DNA from: an uncultured Actinomycetota bacterium
Lineage (GTDB): Bacteria; Actinomycetota; Actinomycetes; Mycobacteriales; Cryptosporangiaceae
DNA: 24,000 bases
Assembly: GCA_963740215.1 (NCBI GenBank)
Contig: CAVUDJ010000015.1
Location: 477,634 to 501,633 of the forward strand
Direction: 5' to 3'
Each line of letters starts with the position of its first letter. The stretch's first letter is position 1. The translations under genes were made by a program, and so were the position numbers. The notes beneath the pieces were generated by a model. It saw nothing but the letters and a program-made list of their open reading frames with translations, did not search any database and was not told the origin of the DNA. This document shows, in pieces, positions 1 to 8,142 of this stretch.

Positions 1-27
1 CGTGGCGGCGTCAGGCAGACTGCTGGC

Positions 28-57
28 GGCTCCCGTCTCAGACGGGAGTCCGTTTTA
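28..57 (+). terminator. Intrinsic-terminator-like hairpin followed by a T-tract; would terminate a + strand gene lying left of the window
   Basis: GGCTCCCGTC (28-37) pairs with GACGGGAGTC (41-50) around a 3-nt loop TCA (one G-U pair). It is followed directly by CGTTTTAC (51-58). Confidence 0.55.
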
Positions 58-84
58 CTCGTCGTTCCCCCTGGAGGAGTCGCT

Positions 85-1015
85 GTGGAGTCCGGCGCCA
101 CCGCCCCCCGCCCTGTCGGTTCTCGCACCGAGCCCGGCCGTCTGACCTCGTACTTACTGATCACCGGCGCTGCGGTGCTCATGCTGCTGGAGCTGGCGAC
201 GGCCCTGTCTGTGGAGCACCCCGGCAAGGTCGGCACGGCCACCTGGGTCGTACTCGAAGCACCCGGCCTCGCCCTGATGGCGGCGTTCACCGGTGCGTCG
301 GTCTCGGCCGGCGGCGCCTGGTGGGCCCGCCGGCAGGAGAAGGCCTCCGGCACCACCATCCGCAGCATCGGGTACGGCATCGGTGCGGCGGCCATCGCAG
401 GCTCGGTCATCGCCGTGCTGGCCTGGGCCTCGATCAACCCCGAGGTGGCGGGGAAGGTGGCGCTGGCCTCCTTCGCCGCGGCCGTCGGCGGTGGCGTGCT
501 CGGCTCGGTCCGGGTCGGCGGCGCCGTGCTGGGTGGCCTGGTCGCCGCGCTGGTGTCGATCCTGATCGCCACGGGCGGCGGGCTGGTCCTGTCGTGGACA
601 CTCGTCGACGCCGACCCGGATCCGGCTGAGCTGTCCAAGCACCTGTCGACGCTGCTCGTCGCCGGCTCGGTGGTTCGTGGTGTCGCGGTCCTCGTCGGCA
701 CGATCGTGGGCTGCCGCTGGCTCGCCCGGCGCCGCCGCGACACCGGCATCGGTGTACTACCTACTGGTCGGCATGTTCGGTGCCCTGCTGCAGATCGTGT
801 CGGCACCGATTGCGTTCCTCGCTGCTCTGCCGGTGGCGCAGAACCTCGACGCGGGCATCCACCCGCTCCGGGCGCTCGCGTCGCAGCAGGGTGTGTCGAT
901 CCTGGTGTCGCTCGGCGTCGGCATGCTGGGCGGCACGGTCCTGTACGTGGCTCGCAAGGTCGGCCGCCGCTCGGTCGTGTCCGGTCCGGTGCCGGAGCCC
1001 GCGACGCAGAGCTAG
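85..1015 (+). pseudogene. Polytopic membrane protein of unknown function; frame broken near 745-756 (frame +1 to +2)
   Basis: GTG start at 85 is preceded by GGAGGAG (74-80). Frame +1 is hydrophobic with high GC3 up to ...WLARRRRDTGIG, then GC3 collapses. Frame +2 takes over from about 752 (VYYLLVGMFGALLQIVSAPIAFLAAL...) and ends at TAG 1013-1015. The frame +1 ORF otherwise runs to 1518, antisense to the convergent gene. Confidence 0.6.
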
Positions 1016-1503
1016 CCGAGGAGGTCCGGGATCTCCTGGAGCCCGTACCACTCCAGCTCGTGGCCTTCGGCGCCGTCGACCGCGAACTGCGCGTCGTCGT
1101 CGCCGAGGTCCGCGGCCCCGATCGCCAGGGCAGCAGCGGTGATGTCCTGGACCGCGTCCGCGCTGTCGACGTGCACCGCGGCGAACCACTCGACCGGGGT
1201 AGGCACGGAGACCCGCACGACCGACCGGTCCAGCTCCGGGTGCGGCCGCACCTCGCCGTCCGGCACGTCGGCGGAGAGCACGACCCGGCGACGCGGCGCG
1301 GTGGGGTCTGCGTCCAGCAGCCGGAGCGACGCCACCGCCGCATCGCGGAAGGCGGCGTACTCCAGCTCTTCCTCATCCTCGTCGGTGTACCACTCGCGCA
1401 GCGCCGGCGTGACCGCGAACCCCGTGATCGGCGCGGGTCCGTGTTCGCCAGACTTGTGCAGGTCGGCGAGGGACACCAGGGTCGCCGGCAGGTAGATGCG
1501 CAT
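1012..1503 (-). CDS. Conserved small acidic actinobacterial protein of unknown function (163 aa)
   Basis: Complete ORF with high GC3 (MRIYLPATLVSLADL...EWYGLQEIPDLLG). Its stop overlaps the stop of the convergent membrane gene in the palindrome CTAG (1012-1015). No family name recognised with confidence. Confidence 0.7.
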   Translation of the reverse strand: MRIYLPATLVSLADLHKSGEHGPAPITGFAVTPALREWYTDEDEEELEYAAFRDAAVASLRLLDADPTAPRRRVVLSADVPDGEVRPHPELDRSVVRVSVPTPVEWFAAVHVDSADAVQDITAAALAIGAADLGDDDAQFAVDGAEGHELEWYGLQEIPDLLG

Positions 1504-1514
1504 GGTGGTGAACC

Positions 1515-2513
1515 CTAACTAGCCACAGTGGAGCCGTCGTCGTCCAGGGCATACGGGTCGACGCCGCGCCGCCACGCCTCGGCCGAGGTGCGCAGCGACG
1601 TCGTGAGCACGGCGTCGCGCCGGGAGGCGTCCATCAGGTTGGCGCCGATGGCTTCCAGATCCTCGGGTCCGGGCCCGAGCATCGTCACCCGGGTACCGCC
1701 GACCTGCACCTTCTCCGCCTCACGCATCAGCCGCCGGGTGATCGCCCGTCGCACGCGCCGCTCCAGCCTGGCCGCGACTCCGGACGGTTCGTCGTACGCG
1801 AACGACACCATCGGCGCGATCACGAACACCTCGTCCAGGCCGTGGCCGGCGAGCAGGTCGAGCGAGGTGGACGAGCACACGCCGCCGTCGACGTACCGCC
1901 GCCCGCCGATCTCGACCGGCGCGTACCAGCCAGGGATCGAGCACGACGCGGTGACCGCGTCAGCCAGCCCGGCCTCGGGAGCCGCCGCGCGGCCGAACGG
2001 CACCCGCTTACCGGAGTCGTAGTCCATCGCGACGATCCAGGTGGACGGGTGCGGCGCCCAGCCGTCCATCGGCTGCTCGGCGCCTTCGAGCACCCGGGTG
2101 AAGATGGACGACACCTGGCGGAGCGATCCGCGGCCGCGAGGGGTGAGGCTGGACAGCGCGGCGAGCGGCGTGACCGTCAAGGGATGCCGCGCGGTGTGCG
2201 CGAGCAGGCTCGGCGATCCCAGCGCGAACGCCGGCATCGGCGGCAGCGGACCGCTGGACTCCGACTCATCGGCATCGTCGATGACGGGGTCGCCGGGAGC
2301 CGGCATGCCGCTCTGGTGGCGCACCATCACCTCGACCGGGACGCCGCAACCGAGCAGACCCGCGGTAAGCGAGCCTGCCGATGTGCCGACGATCATCTCG
2401 ACGTCGCGGCAGTCGAAGCCCTCCTGCTCCTCCAGCGCGGCAAGCGCACCCACCGCCCAGGCGAGCCCGAGGACACCGCCGGCGCCGAGAACCAACCCCC
2501 GGCGGGGCGTCAC
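1515..2513 (-). CDS. Patatin-like phospholipase family protein
   Basis: Oxyanion-hole glycine motif LGAGGVLG, nucleophile elbow GTSAG (GxSxG) and catalytic Asp motif YVDGG. GTG start at 2513 overlaps the upstream gene stop as GTGA. Confidence 0.9.
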   Translation of the reverse strand: MTPRRGLVLGAGGVLGLAWAVGALAALEEQEGFDCRDVEMIVGTSAGSLTAGLLGCGVPVEVMVRHQSGMPAPGDPVIDDADESESSGPLPPMPAFALGSPSLLAHTARHPLTVTPLAALSSLTPRGRGSLRQVSSIFTRVLEGAEQPMDGWAPHPSTWIVAMDYDSGKRVPFGRAAAPEAGLADAVTASCSIPGWYAPVEIGGRRYVDGGVCSSTSLDLLAGHGLDEVFVIAPMVSFAYDEPSGVAARLERRVRRAITRRLMREAEKVQVGGTRVTMLGPGPEDLEAIGANLMDASRRDAVLTTSLRTSAEAWRRGVDPYALDDDGSTVAS

Positions 2514-3910
2514 GGAATCGTCTCCATCAGTTCGGCGAGTGACTCCTCGATCAGACCCGCGAGCACCCGGATGTCCGGCATCGCGTCACGGTCGGCGTTC
2601 AGCCCGAAGTAGACGCCGCCGTTGTACGAGGTCACGCCGATTGCCACCGCCTGCCCGCGGGCGAGCGGCACGACCGGGAAGACCTCCAGCATCCGGGCGC
2701 CCGCCGCGTAGAGCGGGGACTGCGGTCCGGGCACATTGGTCACGACCAGGTTGAACAGCCGCCGCGACAGCCCGGAGGCAGTCTTGGCACCCAGAGCGTG
2801 CAGCGTGGGCGGTGCGAATCCGCCGAGGTGGACGAGGGCATCGGCACCGACCGACTGGCCGGCCTCCTTGTGCGCCCGCATCGCGTACGACACCTGGTGC
2901 AGGCGGATCACCGGACTCGGCTCACCGACCGGAAGATCCACCAGGTACGACGAGACCTTGTTGCCGCCGGTGCCGAACTCGTCGCCGTCCTCGGAGCCGC
3001 GGACGCTCAACGGCACCATCGCCCGGACCACGGTCTTGCCGGTGACCGGCTCCCCCCGGGTCAGCAGCCAGCTTCGCAGCGCACCGGAGATCGTGGTGAG
3101 CACCACGTCGTTGATCGTGCCGCCGTGCGCCTTGCGGATGCGCTTGTAGTCGTCCAGGTCGGTGCTCACCATGGCGAACCGGCGGTGCTCACCGATCTCC
3201 GCGTTCAGCGGGTTGTCCGGCGCGGGCCTCGCGGCGGTGCGGGCGATCGCGAAGAGGCCACCGGCAGCACCCGCCACCTTTCCGAGCGTCGCGCGCGCGT
3301 CGAGCAGCGCCACCTTCGCGTTGTCGGCCAGTTCGGACGGGCGGCGCACGAGGTCGCCGACCGCGTCGAGGACCAGCTCCAGCACGTTCGGCTCCGGCCG
3401 GGGACGCCAGCCGTCCGCCGGGACCGCCCGCGGATCCGGAGATGTGTCGAGGATCACTTGTGTCAGGTCGACTGCGCCTGCACCGTCGACCATCGCGTGG
3501 TGCGTCTTGGTGACGATCGCCGCACGTCCGCCAGACAGGCCTTCGACCAGGTAGATCTCCCACAGCGGACGGTGCTGGTCGAGACGGCGTGACATCAACC
3601 GGCCCACCAGTTCACCGAGTTGTTCGTCGGTGCCGGGCCGAGGCAGCGCGGATCGGCGCACGTGATAGCTGAGGTCGAAGCCCGTGTCGTCCACCCACAC
3701 CGGTTTCGCCAGGCCGGCGGGTACCCGGCGGATCTTCTGGCGGTATCGCGGGACCAACACGATCCGTTGCCGGACGAGGTTGGCCAGCCGTTCGTAGTCG
3801 AACCCCGTGGCGGGCGATTCGAAGACCGCCACGCCTCCGATGTGCATCGGAGTGGTCGCCTCCTCGATGTAAAGGAAGGAGACGTCCAGAGGGCTCAGCC
3901 TGTCCGACAT
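2510..3910 (-). CDS. Wax ester synthase / diacylglycerol O-acyltransferase (WS/DGAT, Tgs-like)
   Basis: Active-site motif HHAMVDGAG (HHxxxDG) and the typical N-terminus MSDRLSPLDVSFLYIEE. ATG at 3910 is preceded by GAGGAGGTGG. The ORF-track extension to 4138 runs into a non-coding repeat array and is rejected. Confidence 0.9.
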   Translation of the reverse strand: MSDRLSPLDVSFLYIEEATTPMHIGGVAVFESPATGFDYERLANLVRQRIVLVPRYRQKIRRVPAGLAKPVWVDDTGFDLSYHVRRSALPRPGTDEQLGELVGRLMSRRLDQHRPLWEIYLVEGLSGGRAAIVTKTHHAMVDGAGAVDLTQVILDTSPDPRAVPADGWRPRPEPNVLELVLDAVGDLVRRPSELADNAKVALLDARATLGKVAGAAGGLFAIARTAARPAPDNPLNAEIGEHRRFAMVSTDLDDYKRIRKAHGGTINDVVLTTISGALRSWLLTRGEPVTGKTVVRAMVPLSVRGSEDGDEFGTGGNKVSSYLVDLPVGEPSPVIRLHQVSYAMRAHKEAGQSVGADALVHLGGFAPPTLHALGAKTASGLSRRLFNLVVTNVPGPQSPLYAAGARMLEVFPVVPLARGQAVAIGVTSYNGGVYFGLNADRDAMPDIRVLAGLIEESLAELMETIP

Positions 3911-4032
3911 CACGCAGCGCCACCTCCTCGGGGCGCCCGTAGCCGCCGGGCGCGGTCTCCATGGTGTCACGGGATTCGCGACTGCGCCGCCGGGTGTGAA
4001 CGTGACGTATGCGCTTTCTTGCCCGTGCCGCT

Positions 4033-4247
4033 GGGCCGTCCGGGCGCTGCCGGACGGCTCGGGCGGGCACTGCCGGACGGCTCGGGCGGGGCTGCCGGAC
4101 GGCTCGGGCGGGCGCTGCCGGACGGCTCGGACGGGCACTGCCGGGCGGCTCAGGGGGCGCTGCCGGACGGCTCGGGGGGCGCTGCCGGAATGCTCGGGGG
4201 GCGCTGCCGGAATGCTCGGGGGGCGCTGCCCGGCGACTCAGGCCGGT
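4033..4247. repeat. Tandem array of about 9 copies of a 22-23 bp unit (consensus CTGCCGGACGGCTCGGGCGGGCG on +), capped by an inverted partial copy
   Basis: Units start at 4047, 4070, 4092, 4115, 4138, 4160, 4182, 4204 and 4226, with periods of 23, 22, 23, 23, 22, 22, 22 and 22. Units 7 and 8 are identical (CTGCCGGAATGCTCGGGGGGCG). Unit 9 is degenerate and overlaps the HAD stop codon. GCCGTCCGG (4035-4043) and CCGGACGGC (4050-4058) form a 9-bp hairpin with a 6-nt loop. Confidence 0.9.
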
Positions 4248-4897
4248 GGCTCGGCCAACTCCAGGCCGAACAACGCCTCCAGCTCGACGATCGTGCTGGC
4301 CAGATCCGTGTGGTGGACGCCGACCATGCCGACCGCGACCGCACCGCAGACATTCGCCGCGAGGTCGTCGACGAAGACGCACTCCGCTGGCTGTACGCCG
4401 ATCCGCTCGGCCGCGAGGCGGTAGATCTCGGGTTCGGGTTTGCGGAGGCCGACCTCGCCGGAGATGACGAGGGCGTCGAAGAGGTCGTCCCAGCCGCTGC
4501 GGTCGTAGTCGAGGCCCCACGAGTTCGACAGCAGCCCGGTGCGAATGCCCTGGTCCTTCGCGCGCCGGACGACTGCGGTCATCCCGTCGGCCGGCTTCAT
4601 CGCGGCGAAGACCCTGCGGAGCAGGCCGTCAGCGACGATTTCTGGGCCGTCCGGCCGGCGCAGGGCACCAGCGAGCTGCCGTTCGAAGTCGGCGACGGAC
4701 AGCTCGCCCCGCTCCAGCCCGTGCACGGGGCTCTTCTCGGCCGACTCCCCGAGCATCGCGCCGAGAGCGACCTTCAGCTCCGCCATCTCCAGCCCGTCCT
4801 GGGCCGCCCAGGCTCCGAAGGTCTCCTGGACGGGGGTCGTCAGGACGCCGCCGTAGTCGACGATGAGGCCGCGCAGGCCGTGCTGATTGCTGGTCAT
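4238..4897 (-). CDS. HAD-superfamily hydrolase (subfamily IA-like phosphatase)
   Basis: Motif I variant LIVDYGGVLT, LLSNS (motif II region), GLRKPEPEIY (motif III Lys) and FVDD (motif IV). Complete 219-aa ORF. Confidence 0.8.
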   Translation of the reverse strand: MTSNQHGLRGLIVDYGGVLTTPVQETFGAWAAQDGLEMAELKVALGAMLGESAEKSPVHGLERGELSVADFERQLAGALRRPDGPEIVADGLLRRVFAAMKPADGMTAVVRRAKDQGIRTGLLSNSWGLDYDRSGWDDLFDALVISGEVGLRKPEPEIYRLAAERIGVQPAECVFVDDLAANVCGAVAVGMVGVHHTDLASTIVELEALFGLELAEPPA

Positions 4898-4904
4898 GGC
4901 CCAA

Positions 4905-4910
4905 ACTTTA
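4905..4910 (-). promoter_or_regulatory. Candidate -10 box (TAAAGT on the minus strand) 7 nt upstream of the HAD ATG; possible leaderless transcript
   Basis: Minus strand reads GACACTAAAGTTTGGGCCATG. No Shine-Dalgarno lies between the box and the ATG, and no convincing -35 is present. Confidence 0.25.
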
Positions 4911-5003
4911 GTGTCGGTGAACCTCAGCCAGAGCGAGCCGGTGCGCCGGACGACGACGGCGCGGCGGTTGGGCCGACAGCTTCGCCGACCTGGTCCGGGG
5001 TGC

Positions 5004-6278
5004 TCAACGGTGCCGGCCCCACCGGCTGGTGGGTTGCTGCGCCACCCCGACCAGATTGCTGGCGAGCGCGGCGAGCGCCGTGCGCAGGGTGGAGTTCGGA
5101 ACGGCCTCGCCGAGCGTGCGACCGCTGGCCAGCGCCTTGTCGAGCGACGCCTGGTCGTACGGGAGGGTCTCGACCTCCTTCACCCCGGCGAAGCGCCGCA
5201 GCGCCGCCGCCACCTCGCGTGCTGGATCCCCCGGGACGACGCCGGAGCGGAGCCGGTTGACGATCACCCGAGGAGCCGTTTCCGGCAGTACCTCGGCAAG
5301 CTCGGCGAGGCCCCTCACCAGACGCTGCACACCGATCGGGTCTGCGGCGCCCACGGCGAGAACGGTGTCGGCGGACTCCAGTGCCGCGATCGTGGCGCCG
5401 TTGCGACGCGGCGCCATCGTGTCGTAGACCAGCTCCTCGTCCTGTTCGAGGCTGAAACCGCAGTCCACCACCGTGATCGCGGCCAGCGAGCGGGCCTTCT
5501 CCAGGACGCTGCGGACAGAGTCCGGGCGGAGCTCGGGCCAGCGGTCGGCCCGGACGATGCCCGTGAGCACCCGCAGCCGCGGGTTGAGCCCGCGCGCCAG
5601 CCCGGCGAGCGCCGGCACGTCGAGACTGCCCTGGTTGTCGAGGCGAGCGGCGGCGGCCAGCCCGGGCGACTCGTCGAGCAGGCCGAGGACCTGGGCGATC
5701 ACGCCGCCGTACGGGTCAGCGTCGACCAGCAGTGTCGGCACGCCGAGCCGTGCGGCCTCGTCGGCGATGCCGACCGCGATCGTGGTGCGCCCGGGAGCAC
5801 CGGCCGGGCCCCAGACCGCGACGACCGTGCCGGTGCCTGGGATGCCCGGGAAATCGGCCGGTGGATCGCCGAGCCGCGGCAACGCCGAACGGGGATCGGC
5901 CAGACCCGCGCGCCCGGACTCCGACGCCGCGGCCACGATCGCCTCGGTGATCTCCTCGGGCGCCGCGTCGGCCGGCAGGACGTGTTCGAGTCCGAGTTGC
6001 CGGAGCCGCCTGTCGGCGTCCTCGTCACCAGGCTCGACGAGCCCGACCACGGCGACGCCCGCGGTGTACAGCCGGCTGAGCGCGTCCCGATCGAGCTTGC
6101 GCAGGTCGGCGGAGAGCACCGCGGCCTTCGCCGTGCCCGAGGCGGCGGCGGCAAGCAGGTCGGCGATGTCGACACAACGCCGGACCACGGTGACCCCGTG
6201 AGCGCTGCCGTCGAGCGCCGCGACCAGGTCTGCTTCCCAGGTGGCGTTCGTGACGGCAGTGAGAACGGGAAGGCTCAC
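5004..6278 (-). CDS. ParA/MinD-superfamily P-loop protein, CpaE/TadZ/Ssd-like, with an N-terminal receiver-like domain
   Basis: The N-terminal ~120 aa resemble a pseudo-receiver. The P-loop is VWGPAGAPGRTTIAVG (5781-5810), followed by LLVDADPYGG and a ParA-like core. GTG start at 6278 overlaps the stop of the upstream SAF gene as GTGA. Confidence 0.75.
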   Translation of the reverse strand: MSLPVLTAVTNATWEADLVAALDGSAHGVTVVRRCVDIADLLAAAASGTAKAAVLSADLRKLDRDALSRLYTAGVAVVGLVEPGDEDADRRLRQLGLEHVLPADAAPEEITEAIVAAASESGRAGLADPRSALPRLGDPPADFPGIPGTGTVVAVWGPAGAPGRTTIAVGIADEAARLGVPTLLVDADPYGGVIAQVLGLLDESPGLAAAARLDNQGSLDVPALAGLARGLNPRLRVLTGIVRADRWPELRPDSVRSVLEKARSLAAITVVDCGFSLEQDEELVYDTMAPRRNGATIAALESADTVLAVGAADPIGVQRLVRGLAELAEVLPETAPRVIVNRLRSGVVPGDPAREVAAALRRFAGVKEVETLPYDQASLDKALASGRTLGEAVPNSTLRTALAALASNLVGVAQQPTSRWGRHR

Positions 6279-7015
6279 CGTGGACTCTCAGTGTCGCTGC
6301 CGCCGCCGGGCTTGTCCGTCTTGCTCGGCGACGGGCTCGGCGTGGCCCCGCCCTCTGTGGAGCCGGCGAGCTCACGGCACGGATCGCTGTCGTTCTCCGC
6401 CTTGCCACCCACCACGACGATGTCGATGTCCGACGTGCGGACCGCCTTCACGACGGCGGCGACCTGGTCGTCGGGCACGCGCACACTCAGTGCCCACAGC
6501 GCACCCGAGCCGACGAGCCCACCCTTTGACCTGGTGGCGGACTGCACGGTCGCCCCGCGCAGAACGTGCTCCGTCTGGCCGCCCTTCGCGGTGGCGAAGA
6601 CGTCGATCCGCTGGCCCTTCGCCACGCCGTCGGGCAGGTGCTGGGCGTTCACCGGGATGCTCACCAGGCTTCCGCACTGCGCCGGGCGGAGCGCGTTGCG
6701 CGGCAGCAACTCGCCGGCGCCCAGATCACGTGTGAGTGTCTGGCCCGCCGGAGAACGGTCGCTGGAAAGGTACCGCTCGGAGTTGTCGTAGAGCCGGACG
6801 CGGACCGAGCGCAGGTCGCCCTGGGTGAGGACCGCCCCCGCGGCAAGGTCGGACCGGACCGCCCATACGCGGACGGAACTGTTGGCCGTGGCTACGACCC
6901 TGGCGCCCACGAGCACGGACACCAGCACGAGGAGGACGCCGAGCACCACCCGGAGATCGAGCCAGGACGGCATCCGATGCCGGTTCGCAGGTGGGGACGG
7001 CGGTGCGGTCATCAA
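6275..7015 (-). CDS. SAF-domain membrane protein (CpaB/RcpC-like)
   Basis: N-terminal TM helix LRVVLGVLLVLVSVLVGARVV, then a SAF-like segment VRVWAVRSDLAAGAVLTQGDLRSVRV. The C-terminal tail is Pro/Ser/Gly-rich. AGGAAGGA lies upstream of the ATG. Translationally coupled to the ParA-like gene. Confidence 0.7.
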   Translation of the reverse strand: MMTAPPSPPANRHRMPSWLDLRVVLGVLLVLVSVLVGARVVATANSSVRVWAVRSDLAAGAVLTQGDLRSVRVRLYDNSERYLSSDRSPAGQTLTRDLGAGELLPRNALRPAQCGSLVSIPVNAQHLPDGVAKGQRIDVFATAKGGQTEHVLRGATVQSATRSKGGLVGSGALWALSVRVPDDQVAAVVKAVRTSDIDIVVVGGKAENDSDPCRELAGSTEGGATPSPSPSKTDKPGGGSDTESPR

Positions 7016-7257
7016 GAGAGGGGTTCCTTCCTACGCACACCAGATGGAGGAGCAGCAGCCATCGTGCCGTAAACGACCGAGACTGCGGGACGGTCATCCA
7101 CAGGCCGGCTCTGCCTGTGGGTAGCCGGAAGCGCGGTTGCCGAACCAGATGGCAGACTCTTAGTTGACATCACGTTCGGTAGGGAGCAATAGCGAACCAT
7201 GAGCGCCGCACGATCTCTACGGGCCATCGGGGCTCTCGACTCGGTAAGAGCGCAGCA

Positions 7258-7524
7258 GTGACCGCCCCGAAGCGGTTCCTCCAGCTTGCCGACGTCGCCG
7301 AGGTGCTGAACATCTCGGGGTCGCAGACCTATGCGCTCGTGCGCTCGGGCGACCTTCCGGCGATCAAGGTCGGCGGGCGCGGCCAGTGGCGCGTCGAGGC
7401 AGCCGAACTCGAGAACTTCATCCAACGTATGTACGCCGAGACTAGGGACTTCGTCGAGTCGCACCCGCTGGTCGACCGCGGCGAAGCGGCCGACGACGAC
7501 GACGCCGAGCCGGAGACCGACTGA
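7258..7524 (+). CDS. Excisionase-family (MerR-superfamily, HTH_17-like) helix-turn-helix DNA-binding protein with an acidic tail
   Basis: LQLADVAEVLNISGSQTYALVRSGDLPAIKVGGRGQWRV is the typical winged-helix excisionase-type motif. GTG start at 7258. Divergent from the SAF/ParA-like operon. Confidence 0.75.
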   Translation: MTAPKRFLQLADVAEVLNISGSQTYALVRSGDLPAIKVGGRGQWRVEAAELENFIQRMYAETRDFVESHPLVDRGEAADDDDAEPETD

Positions 7525-7529
7525 TCCGG

Positions 7530-8102
7530 TCACGCTGACCTCACCAGCACGATCCCACCGACCGGCACAGCGCTGACCCGGCGCACGGCCGCCATCCGGC
7601 GCGGCTCGCCATGGGCGTGCTCGGCCAACTCCAGAAAGTCGGCGCCGACCCGGTCGCACGTGCCGTGCAGGGTGCCGCCGCCGGCCAGGACCACCACAAC
7701 AGCGGCGCGGTCGCGCGCGAGGCGGCGCAGCGCGTACCGCAGGTCCAGCCTGGCGGCCACCGCACCCTCGCTGCCGGGATGGGCGGACAGTGCCCCGAGC
7801 CCGCGGACCACGCAGACCGCGGCAAGAGGCACGAGCAGCTCGCGGGCAGGCGGTTCGGCCAGCAGCACCCAATCAGGCCCGACCTCGCGAAGGACCGCGG
7901 TGACCGACTGTCCACCGTGGAGTTCCAGAGTCATCTGGTGACCGATCACCGCACGTAGCCTGTCGGTGAGCCGTAACCGCCCGGCCTCGCTGCGGGTGCG
8001 GTCGGCGACCTCAGCAACGAAGTCCACATGGTCACCAGCTTCCGCCGTCGCTTCGAGATCCGCGAACAGCTGCTGCCAGCGGCCGCGCTCCCCACTCGAC
8101 AT
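7530..8102 (-). CDS. Conserved actinobacterial hypothetical protein (190 aa)
   Basis: Complete ORF with high GC3. ATG at 8102 is preceded by GAGGGTG. The overlapping ORFs 7012..7872 and 7541..7915 are Arg/Pro-rich shadow frames. Confidence 0.7.
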   Translation of the reverse strand: MSSGERGRWQQLFADLEATAEAGDHVDFVAEVADRTRSEAGRLRLTDRLRAVIGHQMTLELHGGQSVTAVLREVGPDWVLLAEPPARELLVPLAAVCVVRGLGALSAHPGSEGAVAARLDLRYALRRLARDRAAVVVVLAGGGTLHGTCDRVGADFLELAEHAHGEPRRMAAVRRVSAVPVGGIVLVRSA

Positions 8103-8142
8103 CTCACACCCTCGCGATCAAACAACAGCTAACACATGAATC

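Noticed and set aside
3911-4138. N-terminal extension of the WS/DGAT ORF (ORF track 2510..4138), and ORFs 3612..4520, 3996..4424, 4009..4467 and 4150..4353 with repeated PPEPSGSA / RAVRQ peptides
   Set aside because: The repeated peptides are just the 22-23 bp DNA repeat read in drifting frames. The period is not divisible by 3. A conserved WS/DGAT N-terminus with a good SD starts at 3910.
4033-4247. Possible CRISPR array (regularly spaced repeats)
   Set aside because: The units are directly contiguous with no unique spacers, the period is only 22-23 bp, and there are no cas genes. It is a tandem repeat, not a CRISPR.
4898-5003. Possible 6C/B11-type small RNA next to the Ssd/CpaE-like gene, by analogy with the Rv3660c-Rv3661 gap in M. 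tuberculosis
   Set aside because: The 106-nt gap has no paired stem-loops with C-rich loops. The only C6 runs (minus strand of the 4160-4225 repeats) do not sit in convincing hairpin loops.
3620-6791. Long + strand ORFs 3620..5260 (546 aa) and 4887..6791 (634 aa)
   Set aside because: They are antisense to the WS/DGAT, HAD, ParA-like and SAF genes. They are Arg/Gly/Pro-rich shadow ORFs with no domain signatures.
7164-7169. Perfect TTGACA -35 hexamer upstream of the HTH gene
   Set aside because: No acceptable -10 lies at a 16-19 nt spacing (CAATAG / AATAGC), so it is not called as a promoter.
7012-7872. 286-aa minus-strand ORF spanning the HTH gene and the divergent intergenic region
   Set aside because: It overlaps a well-supported + strand HTH gene and a well-supported minus-strand gene in another frame, and its composition is Arg/Pro/Gly-dominated.
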